DNA of 37,774 bases, from positions 1-37,774 of the forward strand of contig JAFTDZ010000274.1 in the NCBI GenBank assembly GCA_017453885.1, given 5' to 3'. Both the position numbers and the translations under genes were made by a program. Of this stretch, positions 1-8,825 are shown piece after piece. Position 1 is the first letter of the stretch; every line of letters starts with the position of its first letter. Source of the stretch: Clostridia bacterium (lineage in GTDB: Bacteria; Bacillota; Clostridia; Christensenellales; Borkfalkiaceae). The notes beneath the pieces were generated by a model. The model saw only the letters and a list, made by a program, of their open reading frames with translations. It searched no databases and had not been told where the DNA came from.

Positions 1-1
1 A

Positions 2-694
2 AACGACGTGTTTATCGACGTAAGCAATTCCAAAGTCGCCGGCGCGATAATAGTTGCAGGCGAACACGGGCAAAATCTTCTTATCGACGGGCTTGAAAAA
101 CTTAAAATAAAAGTTTTTCTCGTGGATTCCTACTATTATCTGTCAAATAAGTACAATGAAATAAGAGCGTGCAATTATCCGGCGGGCGTCGAATGCGCGG
201 ATTATCTTATCGGAAAGAGCCATAAACGTTTCGCCGTGGTACGTTACAACAAACTTGCCTTCAGCATGCGGCAACGGTGCGACGGATTTACCGAACGCAT
301 AGCGGAAATGGGTTTCGACCGCCCGAAAACCTATTGCGTGGACGCCGTTCTCTCTGACGAGTGCGAAGAACTCGACAGGATGTTAAGGGAAATAAAGCCG
401 CCTTTCGCCGTTTTCTGTATGAATGATTTTCTCGCCAATCACGTGGTTTTTTACGTTCGTAAAAACGGGTTGCGCGTGCCGGAAGACGTTTCCGTAGTCG
501 GTTTTGACAACGCGCGTATCGTAGAACCTGCCGTTAAACTCACCACTTTCAACGTTCCGAAAATGGAAATGGGCAAAAGGGCTGCGGAACTTCTTATAGA
601 CAGCATAAACAGTAACGATAAAATCGTAGAGAAAACGGAGATAGCCGTAACGCTCGTAGAAGGCGAAAGCGTAGCGGATCTCAAAACAATATAA
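2..694 (+). CDS. LacI/GalR-family transcriptional regulator, C-terminal sugar-binding domain (5' end outside the window)
   Basis: The frame is open to the window edge. The product has the LacI-type periplasmic-binding-protein fold pattern (FAVFCMNDFLANHVVFYVRKNGLRVPEDVSVVGFDN). The N-terminal HTH would lie upstream of the window. Stop TAA at 692-694. Confidence 0.85.
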   Translation, partial: NDVFIDVSNSKVAGAIIVAGEHGQNLLIDGLEKLKIKVFLVDSYYYLSNKYNEIRACNYPAGVECADYLIGKSHKRFAVVRYNKLAFSMRQRCDGFTERIAEMGFDRPKTYCVDAVLSDECEELDRMLREIKPPFAVFCMNDFLANHVVFYVRKNGLRVPEDVSVVGFDNARIVEPAVKLTTFNVPKMEMGKRAAELLIDSINSNDKIVEKTEIAVTLVEGESVADLKTI

Positions 695-721
695 AAAGCA
701 ATACAAAGAGGACGGATCATA

Positions 722-970
722 ATGAAAATTACTACACAATGGACTTTGGCTATCGACGCGGGCGGTAAAGATATTTTCGCGGAAAGTTTTCCGGCGCAGG
801 TTCCCGGCGCGTGTCAACTTGATTATGCGAAACACGCGGGAATACCCGATCATAAATATTCGGATAACCATAAACTTTACGAAGATCTTAAAAACCACTT
901 CTGGAAGTATTCACCCTTATACCGAAGCGCAAAAAAGGCAAAAGATTGTTTTTCGTTTCCGAGGGGATAG
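722..970 (+). CDS. N-terminal fragment of a GH2 beta-mannosidase-like gene, in a different frame from the main body
   Basis: RBS AAGAGGA lies upstream of the ATG at 722. The peptide (FPAQVPGACQLDYAKHAGIPD...HFWKYSP) resembles the N-terminal sugar-binding beta-sandwich of GH2 beta-mannosidases. It ends at TAG 968-970 and overlaps the next ORF, which continues the same domain in frame 1. Confidence 0.6.
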   Translation: MKITTQWTLAIDAGGKDIFAESFPAQVPGACQLDYAKHAGIPDHKYSDNHKLYEDLKNHFWKYSPLYRSAKKAKDCFSFPRG

Positions 971-2985
971 ATTACGAATTCGAAATACGCATCGACGGAA
1001 ATACCGTTTTCTATCAGGAAGGAATGTTCCGTAAAGTCGATCTGGAGATCCCGGAAAACGCGGACGGAAAGATCCTCGAAGTGATCGTTTATCCCGCCCC
1101 GTCGAGGGCGGGGGCGACCAAGGGTGCGCAGGAAGCGGATCTGTCTTTCAAACCCGCGGTATGCTACGGCTGGGATTTCCATCCGCGGCTCGTAACGCAG
1201 GGAATATGGGGATATACTTATTTCGAGGAAAGGGAGCGTTCGTTCGTAAAAAACGTTTACGTAACTTACGAACTTTCGGAAGATCGGAAGAAGGCGGACG
1301 TTACCGTCGAAACGGAGACCGACGGAAACGGAGTTTTGTTCCTGACCGTCAAAGATCCTTTCGGCAAAATCGCATACCGCTCGGAAATAAACGGCTCAAA
1401 ACACGTATTTACTCTGGAAAACCCGTATTTATGGTGGTGCCATAATTACGGCGAACAAAACCTTTACTCCTTTGAGTTTTCATATACGGCGGAAGGTACC
1501 GTCCGGACGATAACGAAAAACATAGGGTTCAGGAGAATAAAACTTGTGGCGCAGGAATGCAACTGGTGGATAGACAGATTTCCGTTCACGCAGGGGTATC
1601 CGCCCATAACCGTAGAACTCAACGGTGTGCAGATCTTCGCGAAGGGTTCCAACTGGGTTCCGCCTGAAGTGTTTTTCGGGGAAATAACCGACGAGAGGTA
1701 CGAGCAACTTCTTTCGGCTTTTAAGGAAATGCACGGAAACTTTTTGAGGGTATGGGGCGGCGGCATCGTAAACAGAGAAAGTTTCTTTGAAATATGCGAC
1801 AGAGAAGGTATCCTTATCTGGCAGGAGTTCCCGCTTTCCTGCAACCACTATATCGACGACGAACATTATCTTAAAGTGGCGGAAGCGGAATCCGTGGAAA
1901 TCATCAAGCGGGTGAGGGAACACGCGTGCCTTGCCGTCTGGTGCGGCGGCAACGAATTATACGTAGGCGGCACGAGGAATACGCCGCAATCGCATATAAT
2001 AAGGCTTCTCAATCATTTGTGTTTCACGCTCGATAAAAACACGCCGTATCTGGATACTTCGCCTATGTTTGGAATGCGCCACGGGCATTATACTTTCAGC
2101 AATCACGAGTGGGAAGAATGTTTTCAATCATTCAATATAGTTAAGGCCACGGCGTACACGGAATTCGGCTGTCCTTCCCTTGCCGACTACGATTATCTCA
2201 AACAGGTAATACCCGAAGAAGACCTTAATCTTGAGGCGATTCTCGAGTGCAAACCGTCCTGGGTGGCGCACCACGCCGTTAAAGCCTGGACGGAAGACAG
2301 TTGGTTGCAGATAAAGAATATCGAACACTACTTCGGTAAAACAAAGGATCTTAAGGACGCCGCCGCAAAGAGCCAACTTATGCAGACCACGGGTTATAAA
2401 CTTATGTTCGAGGAAGCGAGGAAGCAGAGGCCGAATTGCGGTTTTGCCCTGAACTGGTGTTTTGATGAGCCGTACCCCAACGCGGCTGGCAACGCGCTTA
2501 TAAGTTATCCGGTAGTAAAGAAGCCCGCCTACTTCGGCGTGGAAAATTCTTTGAGAGACGTAGTTCTCTCCGCCCGCGTAAAGAAATTCAGTTGGGTGGA
2601 AGGCGAAACGTTTACCGCGGAGATATGGATGCTCAACGACGGTATAAAGGAAGTAAAGGAAGGGACGGCGGAAGTTCTTCTCAAGTTCGGCAACGAGGAA
2701 ATTCCCGTAATGAAATGGAATTACGGCAAGTTGGAAGCGAATACGAACAAGCAGGGGCATTCCGCCACGATAGTTCTGCCCAAGCGCAGATCCTGCGTTT
2801 TCGAACTTATTTTAAGGTGCGAACACCACGAGTACGACAACAGGTATAAACTGCTTTACTACAGCAAGGAAACCGCCGCGTTTGCCGAATCGCTCCGCGA
2901 AAAGCCCATGGATTTCGACGGTATCGTCGAAGAAACCATCGGGCTCGAAGACGTTGAAACGGAAATAATAAGGATAAAATTATGA
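946..2985 (+). CDS. Glycoside hydrolase family 2 (beta-mannosidase-like), main body; no signal peptide
   Basis: Motifs FFVSEGIDYEFEIRIDGN, NFLRVWGGGIVNRESFFEICDREGILIWQEFPLSC and AVWCGGNE (acid/base Glu context) are typical of GH2 beta-mannosidase-type enzymes. The TTG at 946 is only the ORF-track start. The real N-terminus is probably the 722 ORF, joined across a frameshift. Confidence 0.85.
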   Translation: MFFVSEGIDYEFEIRIDGNTVFYQEGMFRKVDLEIPENADGKILEVIVYPAPSRAGATKGAQEADLSFKPAVCYGWDFHPRLVTQGIWGYTYFEERERSFVKNVYVTYELSEDRKKADVTVETETDGNGVLFLTVKDPFGKIAYRSEINGSKHVFTLENPYLWWCHNYGEQNLYSFEFSYTAEGTVRTITKNIGFRRIKLVAQECNWWIDRFPFTQGYPPITVELNGVQIFAKGSNWVPPEVFFGEITDERYEQLLSAFKEMHGNFLRVWGGGIVNRESFFEICDREGILIWQEFPLSCNHYIDDEHYLKVAEAESVEIIKRVREHACLAVWCGGNELYVGGTRNTPQSHIIRLLNHLCFTLDKNTPYLDTSPMFGMRHGHYTFSNHEWEECFQSFNIVKATAYTEFGCPSLADYDYLKQVIPEEDLNLEAILECKPSWVAHHAVKAWTEDSWLQIKNIEHYFGKTKDLKDAAAKSQLMQTTGYKLMFEEARKQRPNCGFALNWCFDEPYPNAAGNALISYPVVKKPAYFGVENSLRDVVLSARVKKFSWVEGETFTAEIWMLNDGIKEVKEGTAEVLLKFGNEEIPVMKWNYGKLEANTNKQGHSATIVLPKRRSCVFELILRCEHHEYDNRYKLLYYSKETAAFAESLREKPMDFDGIVEETIGLEDVETEIIRIKL

Positions 2986-4190
2986 TATACGACGTGAAGG
3001 ATTATATTTCGTCAGAGGAAGATACCTTACAGACCGAACGCATACAGAGCGTTCTCGATATGTGCGGAGAAAACGGGGGTACCGTTGTTTTTCCGAGTGG
3101 CAGATATAAAGTATCGTCGCTGTATATTCATTCGAATACGACCGTTTATCTTCGGGCGGGCGCAGAAATAGCGGGTAGCGACAACTGCGAGGATTATAAA
3201 GTTTTTCCCGTTCCGGAAGGCGTTATCCTGTATTCGGACGTTACGCTTATCCCGCAACACGAACCGGACAGGAAGGAAAAAGACGAGTATCGCCGCGCGA
3301 TATTTTCCGCATATAACGAAACGGATATAAGCATCGTAGGCGAAAATGGCAGCATTATCGACGGCGTCGATTGTTTCGACGCGAACGGCGAGGAAAATTT
3401 TCGCGGGCCGCACGCAATATGGTTTTCGTCCTGCAGGAACGTGGTTTTGCGCGGATATACGGTGAAAAGAGCGGCTGATTTCGCGCACCAACTCGATAAT
3501 TGTATAAACGTAACGGCAAAAAACGTTAAATGCTCGGGCGGGCACGACGGGTTTCATTTGAATATGTGTCGTAACGTGTCGATCTCCGATTGCCTGATGG
3601 AAACGGGGGACGACTGTATTGCGGGAATAAACGTAACCAACCTCGTAGTGGAAAACTGTTACCTCAACACTTCGTGCAATATGTTCAGAATAGGCGGTAA
3701 AAATATTTCGGTAAAAAATTGCGAAATGAAAGGGATAGGAAAGTACCCGCACCGCCTTTCGCTTTACAAAGGTGACGGCGAATTTTTGCCCGAAGAACAA
3801 GGCAGGCGGAACACTTTGTTTGTAATGGAATTTTTTGCGAGCGAAACCGTACCGTTCGGGCAATCTTGCGACGTTTCTTTTACAAACTGTAAAATTACCG
3901 ATGCGGATCGTTTTATCCATTACGAGGCAAAAAACAGGCTTGCCCTTCACACGGGCGCGGCTCTTGCGGAAATAAAACTCGAAAACGTTTCCGTAGAAGT
4001 GCTCGAAGGCTGTTCGGTCGTGTCTGCCGATGAAAAAAATCCGTTGACGGTAACCGTAAAAAACATAACGGTGAACAACGTTGAAAATGTGATTTATCCT
4101 CTTTTTGACGGAAACGATAAAAACACGCGTTTTTTTAATCCGTGCAAAGGTCGAATGAACAGATTTAAGGGGAACAGATATTTTCAATAA
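2982..4190 (+). CDS. GH28-like right-handed beta-helix glycosidase (polygalacturonase/rhamnogalacturonase family), cytoplasmic
   Basis: The N-terminus matches the pectate_lyase_3/GH28 pattern (TERIQSVLDMCGENGGTVVFPSGRYKVSSLYIHSNTTVYL). The catalytic-region pattern is SGGHDGFHLNMCRNVSISDCLMETGDDCIAG. The ATGA start/stop overlap with the upstream GH2 (2982-2985) suggests translational coupling. Confidence 0.8.
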   Translation: MIYDVKDYISSEEDTLQTERIQSVLDMCGENGGTVVFPSGRYKVSSLYIHSNTTVYLRAGAEIAGSDNCEDYKVFPVPEGVILYSDVTLIPQHEPDRKEKDEYRRAIFSAYNETDISIVGENGSIIDGVDCFDANGEENFRGPHAIWFSSCRNVVLRGYTVKRAADFAHQLDNCINVTAKNVKCSGGHDGFHLNMCRNVSISDCLMETGDDCIAGINVTNLVVENCYLNTSCNMFRIGGKNISVKNCEMKGIGKYPHRLSLYKGDGEFLPEEQGRRNTLFVMEFFASETVPFGQSCDVSFTNCKITDADRFIHYEAKNRLALHTGAALAEIKLENVSVEVLEGCSVVSADEKNPLTVTVKNITVNNVENVIYPLFDGNDKNTRFFNPCKGRMNRFKGNRYFQ

Positions 4191-4206
4191 AACAGTGGGG
4201 GTTATT

Positions 4207-5259
4207 ATGAATAAGGAACTTTGGCAAAAAATAGAAGGCGAAACGTTTACTTTGTCACCGGAAAACGTAAACGGGGTAAAAGGCGGCGGCAGCAGGAACC
4301 TGCCTAACGAAAAACTTTCACCGAGGAGAATACTTCAACCTGAAGAAACGATAGTTCTTGCGGATATCGACGGGGAAGGCATTATCGAAAGTATGTGGTT
4401 CGGCGGTTACGTCGGAGCGAGATATATTTTAAGAATATTTTGGGATAACGAAAAAAATCCATCTGTCGAAGCGCCTTTATCCGCTTTTTTCGGCCACGCA
4501 TTTTACGCCGATGTGACCGGCGCGGACGGTAATTATAATTTCCTCAATTCCGCGAAAATCATGGTTGCGCCGTGTCGCGGTTTTAACTGCTATTGGCAGA
4601 TGCCTTTCAAAAAACGTTGTATGATCACGCTTGAAAACAGAAGCGAAACCGTTCTTGACGTATATTATTCGATAACTTGGAGAAAATGCGGTATCGGAAA
4701 CGATTTCAGATATTTTTGCGCGTCGTATCGGCAGGCTTTTCCCGTTAAAAGCGGAGCGGAATATATCGCTTTGGATAACGTTAAGTGTTCGGGGCATCTC
4801 GCAGGGATAACTCTGGCGGTCAACGTAAACGAACCCGATTGTTGTTGGTGTGAAGGCGAAGTGAAAATGTATTTGGACGGAGAGGCTTATCCTACCGTGA
4901 ATTACACCGGAACGGAAGATTATTTCGGCGGCGCTTTCTGTTTCGGTAAGGAAATCGAATGCCGCAAATACGGTCAATACAGCGGGTTATATCAAGGAGT
5001 ATATTCTATTTCGGGCGGGTTGAACAACGGAACATCCAACGTCGGCAAAAAGTTTATGCTGTATCGTTTTCACGAAAAAGATCCCATAACGTTTACAAAC
5101 GATATAAAAGTTACCATACAGTGCATATATTACGATTTTGATAAAAACGAGTGGCATTACCGTAACGACGATTACGCTACGGTAGTATATTGGTATCAGG
5201 ATTCTCCGAAAGCCGATTTGCCGGCGCTACCATCGGATAACGAGATTCAATTACCGTAA
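4207..5259 (+). CDS. DUF2961 / GH172-like glycosidase, cytoplasmic
   Basis: Remembered DUF2961 signatures are present: DIDGEGIIESMWFGG, YTGTEDYFGGAF and ATVVYWYQDSP. The ATG at 4207 follows a GGGGG RBS. The GTG at 4195 from the ORF track is less likely to be the start. Confidence 0.65.
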   Translation: MNKELWQKIEGETFTLSPENVNGVKGGGSRNLPNEKLSPRRILQPEETIVLADIDGEGIIESMWFGGYVGARYILRIFWDNEKNPSVEAPLSAFFGHAFYADVTGADGNYNFLNSAKIMVAPCRGFNCYWQMPFKKRCMITLENRSETVLDVYYSITWRKCGIGNDFRYFCASYRQAFPVKSGAEYIALDNVKCSGHLAGITLAVNVNEPDCCWCEGEVKMYLDGEAYPTVNYTGTEDYFGGAFCFGKEIECRKYGQYSGLYQGVYSISGGLNNGTSNVGKKFMLYRFHEKDPITFTNDIKVTIQCIYYDFDKNEWHYRNDDYATVVYWYQDSPKADLPALPSDNEIQLP

Positions 5260-5284
5260 AAGATCATTCGATGCCGCGCCCATT

Positions 5285-5467
5285 TTATTTGAGTTTTCGA
5301 TATGAAAGAGGGGCGTATTCCGTATGGCTTTTGAAAAACACTGCGAACTGCGCGTATGAAGCGAAACCGCCTCGTTCGCGTATTTCCGCAACGGAAAGTT
5401 TTTTCTCTTTCAATAATTTTTCAGCGAGCGCAAATGATAAAAATTCTTCCGGCGATAAGGTGCCCAT
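5285..5467 (-). pseudogene. Remnant of an AraC/XylS-family regulator (only the C-terminal HTH half)
   Basis: MGTLSPEEFLSFALAEKLLKEKKLSVAEIRERGGFASYAQFAVFFKSHTEYAPLSYRKLK matches the second helix-turn-helix of HTH_18 (GF.s..yF.r.FK...G..P..YR). There is no sensor domain. The upstream part of the 126-aa ORF is nonsense-like and overlaps the kinase promoter. Confidence 0.55.
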
Positions 5468-5542
5468 CTCCCGCCGGAAGATTTTTTTTGTAAAAACGCG
5501 CGGTTTCTTTATTTCGCAAAAGAGCAACCCTGCGCAAATGTA

Positions 5543-5571
5543 TTGATATTTGCGGGAAAATGTGTTACAAT
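5543..5571 (+). promoter_or_regulatory. SigA-type promoter for the hybrid kinase gene
   Basis: TTGATA (5543-5548), a 17-nt spacer, then TACAAT (5566-5571), preceded by a TGt extended -10 element. It lies about 40 nt upstream of the ATG at 5613. Confidence 0.5.
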
Positions 5572-5612
5572 TAATAAAGCAATTCAAAAACTTCCCTGAT
5601 CGGAGAAAAAGA

Positions 5613-8600
5613 ATGGACACAAACGGAAAAAAGCGCAACTCGGCATTGGTGGCGATCATCGGCATTATCGCCGTGATGCTGATACTCGTTGCAGGAACGG
5701 TATGGATGGGACAAAGGGCGAGAAAAGCGTCCGACGATGCGGTCAGAACGGTCAGTCTGCTCTATCTTGACGAACTTGCCGGTCGGCGCGAACAGGTCGT
5801 GGCGGATAATTTGCAAAGGCGCATCAATGATATGCGGACTTCGCTCGATTTGCTGACAGAGGAAGATTTGAGCGATCCGGAGCATTTGCAGGCTTATCAA
5901 GCAAAAATGAAACGCCTGTTCACGTTACAAAAATTCGCCTTTATAGACGATAACGGACTTATCTACACTTCGCTCGGAACGCAGACGGATATAGACGAAT
6001 ACAATATGGACTATCACTCCGTAAACGACGCCGAAATTTTTATCAAGAACCTTGAAAATGCGGATAAAACCGTTATTATCGCAATGCCGGTGGAACAAAT
6101 CCCTTTTAACGGTGAAAAACTGATAGTTTGCTTTATGGAAATAGACATGAAGGATATGCTTGCCGGCGTTTCGATGCAGGCGCAGGAAGGCAACGCTACC
6201 TTCACTAATATTTATACCAAAAACGGCATCGCGCTCAGCAATACCGTTCTCGGCGGTCTTGCCGTCGAAGATAATCTGCTCGACGCCTTATCGCAGGCAG
6301 AGTACGAAACGGGATATTCCTATGAAAAAGTCCGCGCGGACTTTGAAAACCTGAACGCCGGCGTTGCCTCGTTCGTATATAAAGACATAAGAGAAACTAT
6401 CAGTTACGTGCCGGTGGAAGGGACCGACTGGTTACTCACCTACCTGATCCGTGAAAGCGTTATCAGCGAACAAATCGGAGATATTTCCACGCAAACCGTC
6501 AAACAGAGCATAGTGATGTCCGCATTGACGGTCGCCTTGATGATGGTGATTTTTGTTTTTATTCTCGCGCTGAACCGCAAAAACACGAAACTTCTCCTCG
6601 CAAAGGAAACGGCGGATACGGAAAGCCGCATCAAACAGCAGGAACTGGAAGAAAAATTAAACCTGCAAAATCAATTGTTGCGGCAGGAGCGGCAGAACGA
6701 AACAATGATCGTTTTGCACGATATGCTGAAATCCGGCCCGTGGTTTATGGACTTCGATGAAAAAGGCGAAATGATTAACGTTATCTGGTCGGATACTTTC
6801 CGAAAAATGCTCGGTTATACCGGCAAGGAAGATTTCCCCGACGAATTAGAGTCCTGGTCAAATCTTCTCCACGAGGACGATAAAGAACGCGTGCTGAAAG
6901 AGTATAACGACACGATCAACGACTATTCCGTCCAAAAGATATACGACGTTGAATACCGTTTGCTTACGAAAAATCAGGGATGGAGATGGTTTCACGCCAT
7001 AGGCAAACCGTCCCGCCGTGCCGACGGAACGCCGATCACCTACATCGGCATTTTTATGGATATAACCCAGCAAAAAGAGATGGAGCAAATGCTCGCGGAA
7101 CAGCAGGTCGCGCTCAAGACCGCGCTCGATACGGCAGAACAGGCGAACAAAGCCAAAACCGTGTTCCTCTCGAATATGTCGCACGAGATACGCACGCCGA
7201 TGAACGCCATTATCGGGCTTGACAATATTGCCCTGAACGATCCTGAAACACCTGAAAGGACAAAGGGATACCTTATAAAGATCGGAACGGCTGCCGAACA
7301 CCTTTTGAATTTGATCAACGACATTCTGGATATGTCCCGAATCGAATCCGGCAGGATGGCGATCAAAAACGAGGAATTTCCTTTCTCCAAACTCCTCGAA
7401 TACATCAACACCATGATCAGCGGGCAATGTCAGGATAAGGGGTTGGAATATATCTGCCATATCAACGGCCATATTGACGACTACTATATCGGCGACAACA
7501 TGAAACTCCGTCAGGTGCTGATCAATATTCTCGGCAATGCCGTCAAATTCACGCCGCAAGGCGGAAAAGTTGAATTCAACGTTGAAAGAACGGCGCAATA
7601 CGACGGAAGAAGTACCGTCTCCTTCAAAATATCGGATACCGGTATCGGTATAAGCAAGGAATTCCTGCCGCATATATTTGACGCTTTCACGCAAGAGGAT
7701 TCGTCGTCAACAAATAAATACGGCAGTTCCGGTCTTGGTATGGCGATAACTAAAAACATCGTGGAACTGATGAATGGCGATATACGTGTCGAGAGCGAAA
7801 AAGGCGTCGGTACTACGTTTACCGTCACCGTCACGCTGATGGACGTAAAAGAGCATACGGCCGACTCCGAATACCGCGAAATCGATCTCGACGATATGGT
7901 GGTTCTGATCATAGACGACGATCCCGTCGCCTGCGAGCACGCGAAACTTGTGCTTGAAAAATCGGGTATCGCGTCCGAAACGGCGGTATCCGGCGCGGAA
8001 GCGATAGAAATGGTCAAACTCCGCCACGCGCGGATGGAGCCGTATAACCTTATTCTCGTGGACTGGAAGATGCCGGAGATGGACGGCGTTGAAACGACGA
8101 GGAAAATACGCGAAATCGTCGGCAACGAATCCGCAATCATCATTCTCACCGCCTACAAATGGGACGACGTTTTGGAAGATGCGACAAATGCCGGCGTTGA
8201 CAGTTTCATTTCAAAACCGCTGTTCGCCGCCAATGTGATCGAAGAATTCGAGGGCGCTGTAAAACGCAAAGGCGCCGTTAAAAATCGGAAGAAAAAGGTC
8301 CGGTTGGAAGGCCGCAGGGTACTTCTTGCCGAGGACGTGGAGATCAACGCCGAAATAATGAAAATGATCCTTCAGACGCATAAGATCGAAGTTGACCTTG
8401 CCGAAAACGGCAGAATCGCCGTTGAAAAATTTTCGGAACGTCCCGCGAAATATTACGACGCGATCTTAATGGATATACGTATGCCGGAAATGGACGGGCT
8501 GGAAGCGACGCGCGCAATTCGCAAACTCGATCGTTCCGACGCGAAAACCGTTCCCGTTATAGCGATGACCGCAAACGCCTTTGACGAGGACGTTCAGCGT

Positions 8601-8708
8601 TCGCTTCAGGCGGGCATGACCGCTCACCTGTCCAAACCCGTAGAGCCGGAAAAATTGTTTCAGGTACTCGAAGAACTTATCGGGGAAGCCGACCGCGCGG
8701 ATTCCTGA
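5613..8708 (+). CDS. Hybrid sensor histidine kinase: TM, Cache-like extracytoplasmic domain, TM, coiled coil, PAS, HisKA, HATPase_c and two receiver domains
   Basis: GGAG RBS lies 8 nt upstream of the ATG at 5613. The H-box is SHEIRTPMNAI (His codon 7182-7184). The N/G boxes are NILGNAVKFT, DTGIGIS and GSSGLGMAI. REC1 has LVDWKMPEMDG (Asp codon 8061-8063) and REC2 has LMDIRMPEMDG (Asp codon 8472-8474). No Hpt or DNA-binding domain is present. Confidence 0.95.
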   Translation: MDTNGKKRNSALVAIIGIIAVMLILVAGTVWMGQRARKASDDAVRTVSLLYLDELAGRREQVVADNLQRRINDMRTSLDLLTEEDLSDPEHLQAYQAKMKRLFTLQKFAFIDDNGLIYTSLGTQTDIDEYNMDYHSVNDAEIFIKNLENADKTVIIAMPVEQIPFNGEKLIVCFMEIDMKDMLAGVSMQAQEGNATFTNIYTKNGIALSNTVLGGLAVEDNLLDALSQAEYETGYSYEKVRADFENLNAGVASFVYKDIRETISYVPVEGTDWLLTYLIRESVISEQIGDISTQTVKQSIVMSALTVALMMVIFVFILALNRKNTKLLLAKETADTESRIKQQELEEKLNLQNQLLRQERQNETMIVLHDMLKSGPWFMDFDEKGEMINVIWSDTFRKMLGYTGKEDFPDELESWSNLLHEDDKERVLKEYNDTINDYSVQKIYDVEYRLLTKNQGWRWFHAIGKPSRRADGTPITYIGIFMDITQQKEMEQMLAEQQVALKTALDTAEQANKAKTVFLSNMSHEIRTPMNAIIGLDNIALNDPETPERTKGYLIKIGTAAEHLLNLINDILDMSRIESGRMAIKNEEFPFSKLLEYINTMISGQCQDKGLEYICHINGHIDDYYIGDNMKLRQVLINILGNAVKFTPQGGKVEFNVERTAQYDGRSTVSFKISDTGIGISKEFLPHIFDAFTQEDSSSTNKYGSSGLGMAITKNIVELMNGDIRVESEKGVGTTFTVTVTLMDVKEHTADSEYREIDLDDMVVLIIDDDPVACEHAKLVLEKSGIASETAVSGAEAIEMVKLRHARMEPYNLILVDWKMPEMDGVETTRKIREIVGNESAIIILTAYKWDDVLEDATNAGVDSFISKPLFAANVIEEFEGAVKRKGAVKNRKKKVRLEGRRVLLAEDVEINAEIMKMILQTHKIEVDLAENGRIAVEKFSERPAKYYDAILMDIRMPEMDGLEATRAIRKLDRSDAKTVPVIAMTANAFDEDVQRSLQAGMTAHLSKPVEPEKLFQVLEELIGEADRADS

Positions 8709-8741
8709 ACGCGTTTGAAGTGGTTCGGATAATATAAGCGT

Positions 8742-8787
8742 AAAAAAAGGAAACGATATTCTTTTACGGAATCCCGTTTCCTTTTTT
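8742..8787. terminator. Bidirectional rho-independent terminator between the convergent kinase and GH43 genes
   Basis: The stem AAAAAAAGGAAACG (8742-8755) pairs with CGTTTCCTTTTTT (8775-8787). An A-tract on the left and a T-tract on the right let it work in both directions. Confidence 0.8.
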
Positions 8788-8825
8788 GCTTCGGATATTT
8801 CTAAAAATGTTAATTGTTTTGCCGT

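Noticed and set aside
3027-4187. A 386-aa minus-strand ORF covers almost the whole GH28 gene. Similar long antisense ORFs lie at 6858-7694, 20802-22130, 23802-25010, 28701-29744, 35388-36251 and 36604-37668.
   Set aside because: Each lies exactly opposite a gene with clear family motifs. Their translations are Arg/Phe/Val-rich, low-information sequences with no recognisable domains, RBSs or signal features. They are shadow ORFs that stay open because the sense strand avoids the codons whose complement is a stop.
5550-5612. TTG at 5550 as the start of the histidine kinase, which would give the 1052-aa version.
   Set aside because: The TTG sits inside the predicted promoter (5543-5571) and has no RBS. 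The ATG at 5613 has GGAG 8 nt upstream and begins a typical short basic N-terminus followed by TM1.
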